Shown: in pieces, positions 1-11,809 of the stretch | How the letters are laid out: every line of letters begins with the position of its first letter | Position numbering within the stretch: the first letter of the stretch is position 1 | Assembly: GCF_004010195.1 (NCBI RefSeq) | Contig: NC_057718.1 | Span: 92,614,540 to 92,678,539 of the forward strand | DNA from: Chiloscyllium plagiosum | Taxonomy: Eukaryota | Direction: 5' to 3' | Length of the DNA stretch: 64,000 bases | Position numbers and translations under genes: made by a program | Notes under the pieces: model-generated | Told to the model about the DNA's origin: nothing | Seen by the model: the letters and a program-made list of their open reading frames with translations, nothing else | Databases searched by the model: none

Positions 1-59
1 AAGAAAATGTAGAGTCAACAGAGAGTGCAGAAAAAAATTGCTGGGAAAGTAATATAACT

Positions 60-480
60 AACAAGTTGCATCTATTGAGAAAGTTTGACCAGGCTGGAGT
101 TCTAACCTTGTAAGAAGTCAAGACTGAAATGTGACCTGTTCAAGGTCTCCACGATTGATTGAAGAGTAAGTGTAGAGAAGATGCTTGTAATTGTGGGCAA
201 GACCAGAACTTTTAGGTCATAAATTTAGTCGCTGATAAATCCTGTAGGGAGCTAAAGAGAACTTTTTTACCCAGCAGCAGGTGTATGTGTAGTACTCGAA
301 ATGACAAGGAATGGTTAAATTGAATAGTATTGGTACATTCATGGGGATCTACACAAATAAGAGGAAGCAAGAATGACAAGGATATGTTGGTGGGGCTGGA
401 TGAAAGGGGTTTGTGTAGAGCGTAAACAATCACACAAACCTGTTTGGCTCAACGACCTGTTTCTGTGCTGCACAAGCATT
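60..480 (+). mobile_element. Degraded CR1-type LINE 3' end
   Basis: Resembles the CR1 ORF2 C-terminus and 3' tail seen in younger copies (45186-45826); heavily mutated. Confidence 0.7.
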
Positions 481-1174
481 CATTTTATACAATCAAAAGA
501 AATGTGCACAGTGGACATGCTTGAAAATGTTCAAGTGGTTTTTCAAATTCTCGGCTTCTGTTGTAACTTATTTCCTATTGCAAGTCACAACCGGTATGGA
601 TGACAGTATTATTTCTTTTCCATGGTTGATTGGAATGAGCTGCTGTTATGATAGTTAATGGACAGATTTGTGTCTTTGTGTGCAGTAATGACAGTCTGTA
701 CTGAGCATGTGTTTATGGAGCTTTCTCACGTTTCTGTATCTTTTTGCACTGCTCTAATTTTATTTTCATAGCATACTTGATAATTTTGCCTGACTTGGTC
801 ATGCAGACCTCATTACGGAAACTAGGACAGACTAAGCAAATTTAATTTGGCTATCATTGCACTTCAGTGTCACTGTTTCCAAGAAGAAAAATGTGAAAAA
901 CTCTAAAAGCAGGTACGACTTTGTCTGCAACTTCCTGATCAGGCATTATCTAAACACCTGGTTGTCAAAATACACTTCTAAAAGTGAAGTGACTTTCTTT
1001 ATTCCATGCCGGCTTACTACTTCACCAATGTACATTGATTCTTAGTCAGTTTATTGATCTGGTACACATGAAGTCAGATTCTTACACAGGTAATGGATAA
1101 CCTGTAAAGAATTGTTCCATGCATTAGAGCAACTATACATTTCTGCAAGATGCAAACACTTAATGGTCAGTCAG

Positions 1175-2820
1175 CTGTGGCTAACAAAGGAAGTTCACGG
1201 TTATATCACAATAAAATAAACTACCTATAAAGTTTCCAAAAATAGCAGTAATTCTGACGATTGGACAGTTAATAGAAAACAATAAGTGGCTAGGGAGAAT
1301 GAGGAAGGAAATTTACATCAGTAAGAAGATCGTACTGGAGAAATGAATGGAGGCTGATAGTTAATAAATCCCTAAGACGTTATGATGTACATTCCAGATC
1401 ATTGAAGGAGGTGGCCATAGAGAGTCCATGCATTAGTGACCATCATCTAAAATTCAATAGATTCTGGAACATTTCTGTAATTTGAAGATTCAAAATGTAA
1501 TCTTACCATTTAAGAAGGGAATAAAAGAGGAAATCGAGAACTACAGACCTGTTAGCCTTACACAGTGCTTGAATCTGTTATCAAGGATGGGATAAATAAA
1601 CACTTAGTTTATAATCTGATAGAACAGCAGCATCATGGATTTGATAGAACAGCAGCATCATGGATTTGCAAATGGGAAATTCGTGTTTAGTGAACTTGGC
1701 AAAGTCAATAAACATTCTATTCTTAGATTAGCTGATGGCTTTTGGTGAAGTCCCCAACAGGAAGTTGGTTAGAAAAACAACCATATGAAATAGGGAGTAC
1801 AAATTGGCATGGATTAATAATTGCTAACAGACAGAAAATACAGGAGGAAGAACTGGGTTATTCTTGCATTGGAAGACTAATAAGATGTTGCAGGGATCAG
1901 TGCTTAAGGCCCCAGCTTGTTTATATCAGTGAAATGTAATACTTCCAAATTTGCAGATAAGACAAAGCTAAGTGGCAATGTGTGATTTGAGGAAAATGTA
2001 AAGTGCCTTCAGTGGGTTTGGGACAGACTTAGTGAATGGGCTAGAACATGGAATATAATGTGGAAAAATGAGGTTAATCATTTTGGTTGGAGAAACAGAT
2101 ATGCAAAGTATTTCTTAAATGGCAAGAGATGAATGTGCATATTTAATATGGGATCTGAATTTCCCTCTTGATAAGTCAGTGAAGGCTAACATGCAGGTGC
2201 AGCAAGCTGTTAGGAAGGTTAATGAAATGTTAGCCTTTATTGTAAGAAGATTTCAGTGCAGGAATTGAGAGGTCTTGCTTCAACTGTATAGGAATTTGGT
2301 TAGACCACACCTGGAATGCTGAGTGCAGATTTGGTCGTCTTATCTCAGGAAAGCCATTGTCAGAGAGTTCACCAAACTTGTTTGCAGAGTGATTGGACTG
2401 TGCTGTGAAGAGACATGGGGCAAAATGGGCCTGCTCTCTGAATTTCACAGCATGAGAGGTTACCTGATCAAAACTTACAATACTTAAATGGATAGACAGG
2501 GTACATATGAGTAAGATGTTTCTCAGGTTGGTGGAGTCCAACCCCAAAGGGATCTATTTAAAAACCAGTGGGATGCCCTTCAGTTGAGCATGATGGGGAA
2601 TTCTCTTTACTCAGAGGGTTTTAAACATTTGCAATTCGCTACCACAAAGTTCTCTGGAAGCTCGCTCAGTCTTTGAGTATGTGTAACATCGAGATTGATA
2701 GATTTCTGACTACCAGTGACCTACATGATTATGGAGGCGGTGTGAGTACAAGGCGTTGAAATGTTTGATCATCATATTAAATGGCGAGACATGCTTGTTG
2801 GGCAGAATAATGTCCTGATC
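1175..2820 (+). mobile_element. Degraded CR1-type LINE ORF2 (RT) fragment
   Basis: Remnants such as NYRPVSL (aactacagacctgttagcctt), KFAD-TKL (aaatttgcagataagacaaagcta) and LVRPHLE; many stops and frameshifts. Confidence 0.85.
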
Positions 2821-3118
2821 ATATGTCCTGTGACCTGTGCAGATGAGTAGATACCATTTTACATTTGTGCATCGAGCTTTATGCAGAACTTGGAGCCCAT
2901 TCTCCCTAGCATAGGATGGTGGTCAACTTCTTGATCAGACTTGTGAATATCTCTGATGCAGCCTTTGATAGCTATTTCAACTTCAATTGGAGTGCAAGCA
3001 GCAGTCACCTGATGTCTAGATGCTGTTGTGAAGACTTAGATTATGCAAGCCCAGCTGGCTGTCAAACAAGGTTTGACTACTAATACCTGAGCTGCATCCA
3101 AGAGGATATTGCAGTCCA

Positions 3119-3326
3119 GGAGGAGAAAGTGAGGTCTGCAGACGCTGGAGATCAAAGCTGAAACTTTATTGCTGGAACAGCACAGCAGGTCAGGCAGCAT
3201 CTAGGGAACAGAAGATTCGACGTTTCGGGCACATGCCCTTCTTCAGGCATGTGCCCGAAACGTCGAATCTTCTGTTCCCTAGATGCTGCCTGACCTGCTG
3301 TGCTGTTCCAGCAATAAAGTTTCAGC
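3119..3326. mobile_element. Short PLE-derived palindromic insert with hammerhead core
   Basis: 81-bp perfect inverted repeat (3157-3237 / 3246-3326); 14-bp flanking direct repeat gatattgcagtcca (3105-3118, 3327-3340). Confidence 0.85.
3219..3246 (-). ncRNA. Minimal hammerhead ribozyme core (PLE type)
   Basis: Minus strand reads CUGAAGA-A-GGGC-AUGU-GCCC-GAAAC-GUC; all core nucleotides present; helix I partner not evident. Confidence 0.7.
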
Positions 3327-3709
3327 GATATTGCAGTCCAACAGAGTGTCTGTAATTTATTGCAATATTAGTTGATGTCCTGCTGATAATGGTTGGCAAT
3401 GAAGTCACAGAGCTTAAACTTGCACTGCTGTCTCTCAACTACAGAGTTTATTCACTACTGCTGCCACTCTACCAACGTGCTTATTTTTAACCTGTCAGCC
3501 CAGACTGCTGCTATTTATGTTGAACTGGAGCTGTCTGATGCTGGATCTTGAAGGTCCTGACTAGTCTGGGTTCTTAATGTAAGGTTTTCTGTAGTATCTC
3601 CAATTGAAAGCCAGCAGCCTCCGATCAGTGATGTTGCACCCACTGGGATAGCACTGTATGGAGAGGTATACTAGGAAAAGGCATCCACAAGCAAGGATTA
3701 AATGATTTT

Positions 3710-4620
3710 TAACTTTAATTTATGGGGTATGGGCATTACTGTCTGGGTCACAATTTATTGCCCTTGAAGGTGATGAGGAGCTTTCTTCTTTAACTGCTGC
3801 AGTCTGTTTGGTGTAGGTAGATCCACAATGTTGTTGGAGAGTAAGTTAGAGGATTTTGACCTATGACTCTGAAGGAATGACAGTATATTTCCAGTCAGGG
3901 TTGAGAGTGACATGGAAAGGTGTTGCAATTCATGGTGTTCCCATGTATGTGCAACCCTTCTAGATGATCGCAGTCATGGGTATCAAAGGTACTGTCTAAA
4001 GGAGCCTTGATAAATTTCTACAGTATATTGTTTCGATAATACGTACTGGTGCTACTGAGCATTAGTCATCTTCAGACTGAATGTTTGTGGATGGAGTGCT
4101 AATCAAATGGGTAGCTTTATCATGGATGGTGTAAAGCTTCTTGAGTGATGAGCTGCACTCATCAAGCCAGGTGGAGAGTATTCTATCGCACTCCCAACTT
4201 GTACCTTGTAGGTGGTAGACAACCTTGGTTGGGGGAAAAGGGGGAAGAAGGAATATGATGTCAGCGAGAAATGTTGAGAGACTCATTGATGATTGTTGTT
4301 TGGCTCTTGTGTGGTACAAATGTTATTTGCTACTTGTCAGCCAAACCTTGTGCATTGTCCTTGTCTTTGGATATGGGTTGCTTCAGTTTCTGAGAAGTCA
4401 CAAACGATGCTGAACTGTGTACAATTATTAGCAAGCATTCTCATTTCTGACCTTTATGGGAAGACCCTTGGTGTGAAGCAGGTGAAGATTGTTGTCCCTC
4501 AGCCGCTATCCTAAGGAATAAATGTCTTGGACCTGAGGTGGTTGACCATCAACAACCATCATCTTCTGTGCAAGTTATGACTCTAACAACAGTGTCTCCC
4601 CTCGCCACCCTGTTTTCATT
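3710..4620 (-). mobile_element. LINE (CR1/L2 group) 3' fragment
   Basis: Minus strand remnants of the ORF2 C-terminus (...SLKKLYTIHDKATHLIS...); homologous to the + copy at 23970-24790. Confidence 0.75.
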
Positions 4621-4629
4621 GATTCTGAA

Positions 4630-4762
4630 ATGAAAGAAAGAACTGCAAATGTTGAAGATCTGAAGCAAACACAGGAATGGCTGGAAAAACTACAGCAGAC
4701 CTGGCAGTATCTGTGGAGAGAGAGCAGCTTTGACACTTCGAGTCCAGTGACCCTTCTTCAGA
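4630..4762 (-). mobile_element. PLE-derived short element, near-intact hammerhead core
   Basis: Minus strand ctgaagaagggtcactggactcgaagtgtc followed by the ...ccacagatactgccaggtctgctg... tail. Confidence 0.7.
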
Positions 4763-5144
4763 CAGACAGCAGACATCACTCGTGCCTGTGCATGCGTGGG
4801 TCTATTTCGGCATTCTTAATCATCCCACTTATGCTGTGCAATAGTGTTATGACCTGTCATCATGGAATGTATCTTTACTCGAGGCAGAGATCCTTTTGTT
4901 TTTGAGGTATTTTAAATGCAGTTGTGCAGACATCATGACTGCTGCAGGAATGCCTGAGTGAGGGACTCTTTTAATAACTTTTGAGCTGAATATTCCAACA
5001 GCGCTCAGGGCTGACATAGCAAAGCTATATGCATGTAATAAAAGGCATCCTGGACCATTGGGAACCCTTCAGTCTGATCAAATTGCATCCTCACACCTGG
5101 CCTCTCATTGATAAGAGAGAATGGAATGTCTTCAGTTTCCCTGG

Positions 5145-5460
5145 ATTATTAGATTAGGTTCCTTACAGTGTGGAAACAGGCCCTTTGGTCCAACCAGTCC
5201 ACACTGGCCCTCCGAAGAGTAACCCACTCAGACCCATTTCCCTCTGACTAATGCACCTAACACTATTGACAATTTATCATAGTCAATTCACCTGGTCTGC
5301 ACATTTTGGACTGTGGGAGGAAACCAGAGCACCCGGAGGAAACCCACGCAGACACTGGAAGAATGTGCAAATTCCACACAGTCGCCCAAGGCTGGAATTG
5401 AACCTGGGACCCTGGTGCTGTGAGGCAGCGGTGCTAACCATTGAACCACTGTGCTGCCCC
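5145..5460 (-). mobile_element. HE1-type tRNA-derived SINE
   Basis: Minus strand gggcagcacagtggttcaatggttagcac (A box), ggttcaattcc (B box), LINE-like tail. Confidence 0.9.
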
Positions 5461-6438
5461 TGAATAGAGTGTAAATGACTAAGTTTATGCAAGAATGAAT
5501 AGCTTAAAGATATGCGTTGCATCTCTCATGACCTATAACTAAAAATGGGCACCAGATACATAATAGTTCATAGATAAAGTCACCTACAGAGACACTGGCA
5601 GTGCGAATTATTTTTTTATTTCACTGCCCAGAAGTTCTAACTGGAAGGTTTAAATGAGAACCTCCTTAGTGAAATGGAGATGGATTGTTTTTCACTGTGG
5701 CACACTGTTCAAGGAGTCACTCCCAGAATATCCAGGATTGATACGACTACAACTGTGAAAACTTGCTCCCTCTGTTGCAGCAGATCGGCCTCCACTTTGC
5801 TCATTCTCCTCATCAATACTGTCGGTTAAAGTGCAAAATACAGAGCCATGTCTGGAAACAGGTATCATATGCATAATCCTTGATGTCAAAACATCCTTCA
5901 GCGCATGTTGGAGTAACATGTAAATTTTATCTTTACTCTTGGAAACCAGTAAATCATCCAAACCCCACCCCACACACACTCTCACGTCTGCACACGCGCA
6001 TGCACACACTCTGTAGAAAATAATCGGTAACTAAATCAACTCTACATGGACGGGTTGGACTGAAGGTCTGTTACTGTGCAGTATCTCTCTATGATTCCAT
6101 CACTAGATTATCCCCTTAAAAGCTATTTTCGGTTGTTAATCATGTTGCTGAGCAGTATCTGGAGAATTGAACTCCAACATTACAATGTTGATATTAAATC
6201 AGTACTCTATACTAGTGTCACCATCAACTTATTCTGCATACTTCAGGTAGATGTCCCTCTGGGTGTGCAAGTAATATACACTAAAAGCCCTGTGCTAAGA
6301 GAATTTGATAGTACTTATATCCAGCTTGGATGACCATTATTTATAGAATTAAGATGTTAACTGGAAATGCAATGATTGTGTGAGTTCGTATCTGGCTTAG
6401 TTTTTTCTAGCACTGATTTATTGTTCATCTGCCAATAG

Positions 6439-6522
6439 GTGTTGCACTTCTACCATTTGTTGATGAACGACGGCTTAGAGCAGCTCTGGAAGCAGTTTAC
6501 CCTGATCTCACTCCTGATGAAA
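6439..6522 (+). CDS. XRN2: XRN2 internal coding exon (first visible in window)
   Basis: ag|GT GTT GCA... reads (G)VALLPFVDERRLRAALEAVYPDLTPDE, matching the XRN2 motif GVALLPFVDERRLRAALEEVYPDLTPEE; donor gtaag at 6523. Confidence 0.97.
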
Positions 6523-6699
6523 GTAAGATTTATGATAACTGCATTGGGTTTGCTGGGTTGTTTTTGAGGTTTACGTGTTTTGTTTGTATTAATATGCTTC
6601 AAAAAGTCAATAATGGATTGATGTTATTGATTCAGTATAACTGCTCTGCCCTTGATTTATTAAGTATATGCTAACTTTGTTGTTTGACAGCATAGTACT

Positions 6700-7970
6700 T
6701 GCACTTTGCTGTAAAAAGATCCATTTTGTCAAAGTTTTTCATCTTGAGCTAATCAGGACAATTTGCAGCAAAAACTAATGTAAAGGGTAAGTAAACCTTA
6801 CGCATGCATGCGCAGACACAAACTTGTGCATGCACATACATGCAATTACTGGAAAAACTCAATAGGTCTGGTAGTTATGGAGAGAAAGCAGAATTATCAT
6901 TTTGCATCCAATGACCCTGAAGGCTTCTAAAGAAGGGTCACAAGACCCGAAATGTTAATTCTGTTTTCCACGTATGCTGTCAGACACGCTGAGTTTTTGC
7001 AGCCGTACGTGTTTTTGTTTCTGATTTCCAGCATTTGCAGTTCTTTGGATTTTTGTATAATTTTTAGTGTTTAAGAGGAGGGTGCTGAATGGTTACTGAG
7101 TGACCGCTGATTGGTAGGTGCATTGCCATGGAGCATATGCCAGTTAGATGATGACTGACCGTTAACTGCCAAATTTGGTTAAATTTTAAACCAGGCAGAT
7201 TGATTCTGATTGGTCAAGGTATTGCCCTAAGAACTGAATCAGAGAATGACTGATGTTCACTATGTTAGTAAAGTGTTGCAAAGAAGAGTCCAGAGTATTA
7301 ATAACTGTAACTTCTAGTACACACATGTGCCACTCTGAGAGACTGACTAACAATCCTAAATTGGTTGTCAGCCAATTCTCCATGCGCATAGGATTATTTA
7401 GTAAATGTTGTCTAGTCGTTGAATCACATCAACTGATGGCACTATTGATAGAATGAACTGGTTGGGTGTGGCAAGCAGAACAGCTAAAGGGATACATGGT
7501 TTGATACAATCCCCTAGATATTGGTACATATGACCAACATAATCTGGCATCACACCAGCACTAAAATTCATATACCTCAGTAATCTTCTGTGTGATGGGT
7601 AGATGTCCTTTTGACGTGATAGGAGCATTCTGTTCATGGTGCATTTAGCAGTGCATAACACCTACCTTTACCCATTTCTCAAACCATTGAGATTTTACCC
7701 TTCCAGGTTAACCTAAGATAGAGTGGGCACTTCTCAGGACCTAATGTGATGGCCATGGACCTGTTTGAATTTGTGTGATAATCAGTGAGAAATTATGGCT
7801 CACCATTATCCCACAGTTTGGTTGTGATGTGGTCTGTTTCAGCATCCAGCTTGCTCAGATCCTGTTTGCTCATCTGGTCAATCTTATAGCAACTGCAAAT
7901 GTGCACGAACCAGTGAAGGTCACACCAGTCAGATAGTGGTTGTAAGCCTCAACAGATTGTCAAACAGTCG
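6700..7970 (-). mobile_element. Penelope-like element 3' part (RT thumb + GIY-YIG), degraded
   Basis: Minus strand remnants KLDAETDHITTKLWDNG, LLSRQKD...YVG, RQHLLNNP...DNQFRIVSQ; degenerate hammerhead near 6725-6755; short palindromic insert nested at about 6845-7055. Confidence 0.75.
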
Positions 7971-7984
7971 ATGTGGTTGAGTGA

Positions 7985-8640
7985 ATGGACAAAATTTGCT
8001 AAATAACCCTGAATACATGAAGAATTGCATTGACAATCAATTTGGGATTGTCAGTTGAGCCCAAGGTGTGACATGCAGATTCAGGGTCGTGTTCTTTTCA
8101 AGGGGGAAAAAATATGTACACGCTCTGTCTGTTTCAGCTTAAAATAGGTGACGACCACTTTATGATTGATTTTTCCGAGCAATGCATTGACCAAACGGTC
8201 AGCTGAGAGAAAGTGAGGACTGCCGATGCTGGAGGTCAGTGTAAGAGTGTGGTGCTGGAAAAGCACAGTCGGTCAGGCAGCATCTGAGGAGCTGGAGAAT
8301 TGACGTTTCGAGCATATGCTCTTCAGGAATTCCTGATGAAGAGCTTATGCTCAAAATGTCGATTCTCCTGCTCTGATGCTGCCTGACTGGCTGTGCTTTT
8401 CCAGCATCCCACACTCAGCTTGCCTGTTTTAAAATTTAAGCAAAGCTTGACAGCTAACTCTGTCATTGTGTGACTGATGCATTTTCCATGGCAATGCTAA
8501 TCAGAGTCCACTTGTTAATAAATATTATTCATACTACATAAATGTTGTTTTCCATTTAGATTTATGTTTCTTGCATAATGTCCTGATGAGTGCAAGATGA
8601 AAAGTTTGGACAAAATATTATTTTCAGCATTACTTCAGTT
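7985..8640 (+). mobile_element. Inverted partial copy of the same PLE 3' end
   Basis: GQNLLNNPEYMKNCIDNQFGIVS on + strand; mirrors 6700-7410; hammerhead-like ctgatgagtgcaagatgaaaag from 8583. Confidence 0.75.
8205..8414. mobile_element. Short palindromic PLE-derived insert
   Basis: Imperfect inverted arms with hammerhead-like cores on both strands (8302-8326 minus, 8333-8360 plus); flanked by tcagct (8199-8204, 8415-8420). Confidence 0.8.
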
Positions 8641-8860
8641 GAATACTGCTTTGTGTAAGGTATTGTGTAAGATAATATTTCAAAAAAACATCTGTAGGGT
8701 TTATGGAAATAATAGTGATGATTTTAAGCCTTTTTACTTATGGATCTCTGCTCCAGTTACAATATTCATAAATAAACATAACACCGTATGATTGAATACT
8801 GAACAAGAGGTGCTAGAAATAGTTGAATAAAACTGAACTTTTGATAATCTTTGATTTTAG

Positions 8861-8955
8861 TTCGACGAAATAGTCTTGGAAGTGATGTGCTGTTTGTTGG
8901 AAAACACCACAAGTTGTTTGACTTCATTGTCGAATTGCAAAATAGTGGTGCTCAG
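8861..8955 (+). CDS. XRN2: XRN2 coding exon
   Basis: ttttag acceptor; (I)RRNSLGSDVLFVGKHHKLFDFIVELQNSGAQ; gtgggt donor; phase matches previous exon. Confidence 0.96.
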
Positions 8956-9036
8956 GTGGGTAATTTGTATAATTTTGTTGTTTCTCACTCCTTTTTTTAA
9001 ATAAGTGTCCTTATTAAATTAAACCTGTGATTATAG

Positions 9037-9116
9037 GATATAGAGATGTCTCCTGAGCTTTGCCATGGTATTAAAGGCCTCCTAACGTTAAAGGATGATG
9101 TAATAAAACCAGGAAG
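9037..9116 (+). CDS. XRN2: XRN2 coding exon
   Basis: tatag acceptor after an 81-bp intron; DIEMSPELCHGIKGLLTLKDDVIKPG(R), cf. human PVEVPPELCHGIQG; gtaagt donor. Confidence 0.94.
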
Positions 9117-9698
9117 GTAAGTATTCATTTTTTGTTTAAACTGTAGGGATTGCTTAGGAATATAAAGATATATCAACACATTGCTAACTGTGTAATCCAT
9201 TATAGTTGCCTGTTGAGACAATTGTGGAGGAGAATTATGTCTTCAAAATGTTTAAGGTTCAATTAATACATTTAAGGCTAATTTATTATAAAACAAAGAG
9301 TAGACTTGAAGATTTTTTAAAAAAGGAAATGCTTTTCAGTTTTAAAGACCACCCTGATTAGTTTAGTGCTTGAATTTGAACTAGAAAATTTTCATTCAGA
9401 ATTAATAGTTGCTTGAACAAGCTAGTTTGTATTCTTGGATGTGTGTGTGCATAATGCTGTACTTAGGGGGAAAAAAGCATTTTTGAAGGTAGGGATGGCA
9501 TGGTTAGGTGAAAGGATGTATTTACTTGTGCACATAAATTCTGGTGAATTGGGAAGGTCACTGGCTCATTGCTCCAGTTTTTACTAAATATGACTGTGAA
9601 GAGAAGAAATTGAGTTTATGAAGATAAACCAACATGGAAAATCACATCTTTGGTAAATGCTTGCCTGAATTTATATATGCATATATGTTTACTTTTAG

Positions 9699-9755
9699 AA
9701 CAGTGGAATCCCCTGTACCAGCATTGCAAGACATTACCGAGAATAATGTATGCAG
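9699..9755 (+). CDS. XRN2: XRN2 coding exon
   Basis: ttttag acceptor; TVESPVPALQDITENNVC(S), cf. human IVCSPVPMLRDLTQNTVVS; gtgagt donor. Confidence 0.93.
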
Positions 9756-9881
9756 GTGAGTGGAACTTCTGTTCACTTTGCTTATACCTGTTTTTATTGC
9801 TGCGATTATTCTGTTCCATTTTGATGTTGTACATGATAAAATAAATCTGCTTTATGTACACCTTCCCTTCCCTCCCTACAG

Positions 9882-9950
9882 TATATTATTCAAGGATCCT
9901 CAATTTGAAGATTGCTACATATTCAAAGCTTCTTTATTACCTGGAGCAGT
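9882..9950 (+). CDS. XRN2: XRN2 coding exon
   Basis: pyrimidine tract + cag; ILFKDPQFEDCYIFKASLLPGA(V), cf. human INFKDPQFAEDYIFKAVMLPGA; gtaagt donor. Confidence 0.96.
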
Positions 9951-10649
9951 GTAAGTAATATTTCTCAAAACAAAGTTTCTTGGCATTTAAACTTTGTTTA
10001 AAAGTTTATCAATTAAGGTAGAAGCTTTGAGTCATGAAAACAATCTGGTCACCAGTTGTTTTTATGCATTGAGAAACCTGTTAACAGATCAGCAGTGCAT
10101 GCATGCTTGTGAGAAACCAAAGAATCATTCAGACAATGAAAATTTGTGTTATTTATCTTGTCTAAATTGAGTCAGACAATTTGGTTTCTCATGGTGACTT
10201 GATTAGATAAGAGAAATAAGGTTTTTTGTTCAGTGTCCACCTATACTTGCCGAAAGCATAGTTCTTTGAAGAGCATCATACGTGGGGCACCTGTAAATGC
10301 CTCAGTTCTCACAACTGCATACCATGCAGTACTGTCTAGGCTGAGTTGAGAAAGGGTTCTGCTGCTTGCATAACAATATTCCAGTAATAGCTACTAATTT
10401 ATGGAAAGAATGTAATAAAGGGAACGTAAAGTAGGTCAGTGGAAGTTAATATGTGGGATTCATCTACAGGTTGGATGCTTGAAATGTTGCTTTCTTTCAT
10501 TTAGCAACCATATTTCTGGTTGTTGTTAGTGATCTATTAACAAAATTCACAGAATGTGCAAAGAGCAATTGAGAAACAGTTGGAACAGAAAAGGGAATAT
10601 GAGGAAAGACGATTGGATTAAATAGACACTGAGAATCTTATCTCAAAGG

Positions 10650-10860
10650 AGAATGCAGCTGGTTTTGCAGTAACGCAGTAGTTCCATTCTCGTGCAATCT
10701 CATGTTCTAAGAAAATCGCATAATAGTAGCACCATTTAAACTGGAATCGTGTTATAATGAATACATGCTTTAAAAGTTTGCGCTTTAGAAACCATGCCCC
10801 AATTTGTCAATCCCATCATAGTGAATTCCCATGAACGAAACTCATGTAGCAGAATGACCT
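10650..10860. mobile_element. Possible degraded Tigger/mariner-like DNA transposon remnant
   Basis: Terminus ...gtagcagaatgacct and internal gttataa/gcgttat-like motifs resemble Tigger MITEs; weak evidence. Confidence 0.3.
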
Positions 10861-11449
10861 TTAGTTAAGTTAATGGTGGGACTGATACAGGAATTCTTCT
10901 ATAGGCGGAGGGCATTACTCACATACATGTACTCTGCAACTGATTTTAAACTTTACAGATCTTTGGTTGGTGTTTTCTATACTATTTTGGTAACCTGACA
11001 TTAGGTGGCATGAGTACAGCGGAGGTGCCAGGGATGAGGTGCATTTGTGATGTAAAGAGGAAAACACTGGAAGTTGAGAGTTTCGATACAGAATCTCAAA
11101 GTTATGAGAGATTTCATTATAACAAGTAGGAAGTAATGTATTCCCTTGCAAAGTGGGTTGATAACCACAGGTCACATTCAATATAATTGGCAACGGTACT
11201 GTCGGGAAATGAGAAAATTCTCTATACAAATTAGGTTCTGGAATGTACTACTTGAACGGCTGGTGGAGTTAGATTTCATAAGAACTTTTTAAGAGATAAT
11301 TGGCATGTACTTGTAGAGAATTGGTTTGTAAGTTTATGGGGAGAAATCTGGAGTGTGAAACTAAATTTGGAAAGCAAAAGCAGGATAGGCTGAATGGGCC
11401 CAATCTGAGTTATACTGAGTCTGTACAATAATTATTGAATGTTTGGAAT

Positions 11450-11640
11450 AAAAATAGGAAGTGCTGAAGAAACTCAGCAGATCTAGCATGGTCTCTAAAG
11501 AGAAACTGTTAACCGTTTCAAGCCTAGTGATGCTTTGTCAGAACGGAGTAGACTTGAAACATTACCTTTTGTCTCTGATCTTGCAGATGCTGCCAGACTT
11601 TGTCTTTATTTCAGATCTCCTGCATCTGCAGTTATTTGAT
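11450..11640. mobile_element. Degraded palindromic PLE-derived insert
   Basis: gaaactcagcagatctagcat...ttgaaacattacc...cagatgctgccagac...gcatctgcagtt; same family as 4630 and 6845. Confidence 0.65.
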
Positions 11641-11677
11641 GTATGTTAAGTTATTTGGTTTCGCTTTTCTGTTTCAG

Positions 11678-11809
11678 AAAACCTCCTAAAGTGTTGAAAC
11701 CAGCTGATTGGGAACAATCTAACCAAAAGCAACCTTGGAAGCCTCGACTTGGCTTTAACCCAAATCGGCCTCAAGTACACTTGGACCAAGCAGCATTTAG
11801 AACACTGGG
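11678..11809 (+). CDS. XRN2: XRN2 coding exon
   Basis: tttcag acceptor; KPPKVLKPADWEQSNQKQPWKPRLGFNPNRPQVHLDQAAFRTL(G); gtgagt donor. Confidence 0.97.

Noticed and set aside
3157..3326. Hairpin considered as a miRNA gene, CRISPR-like repeat or DNA-transposon MITE
   Set aside because: The arms belong to a dispersed family, the element is asymmetric, the TSD is long, and the arm is linked to PLE coding sequence elsewhere; no repeat-spacer array is present.
1..6438. Search for the preceding XRN2 exon (...DLNGKKYAWQ)
   Set aside because: Not found by eye; it presumably lies upstream of the window.
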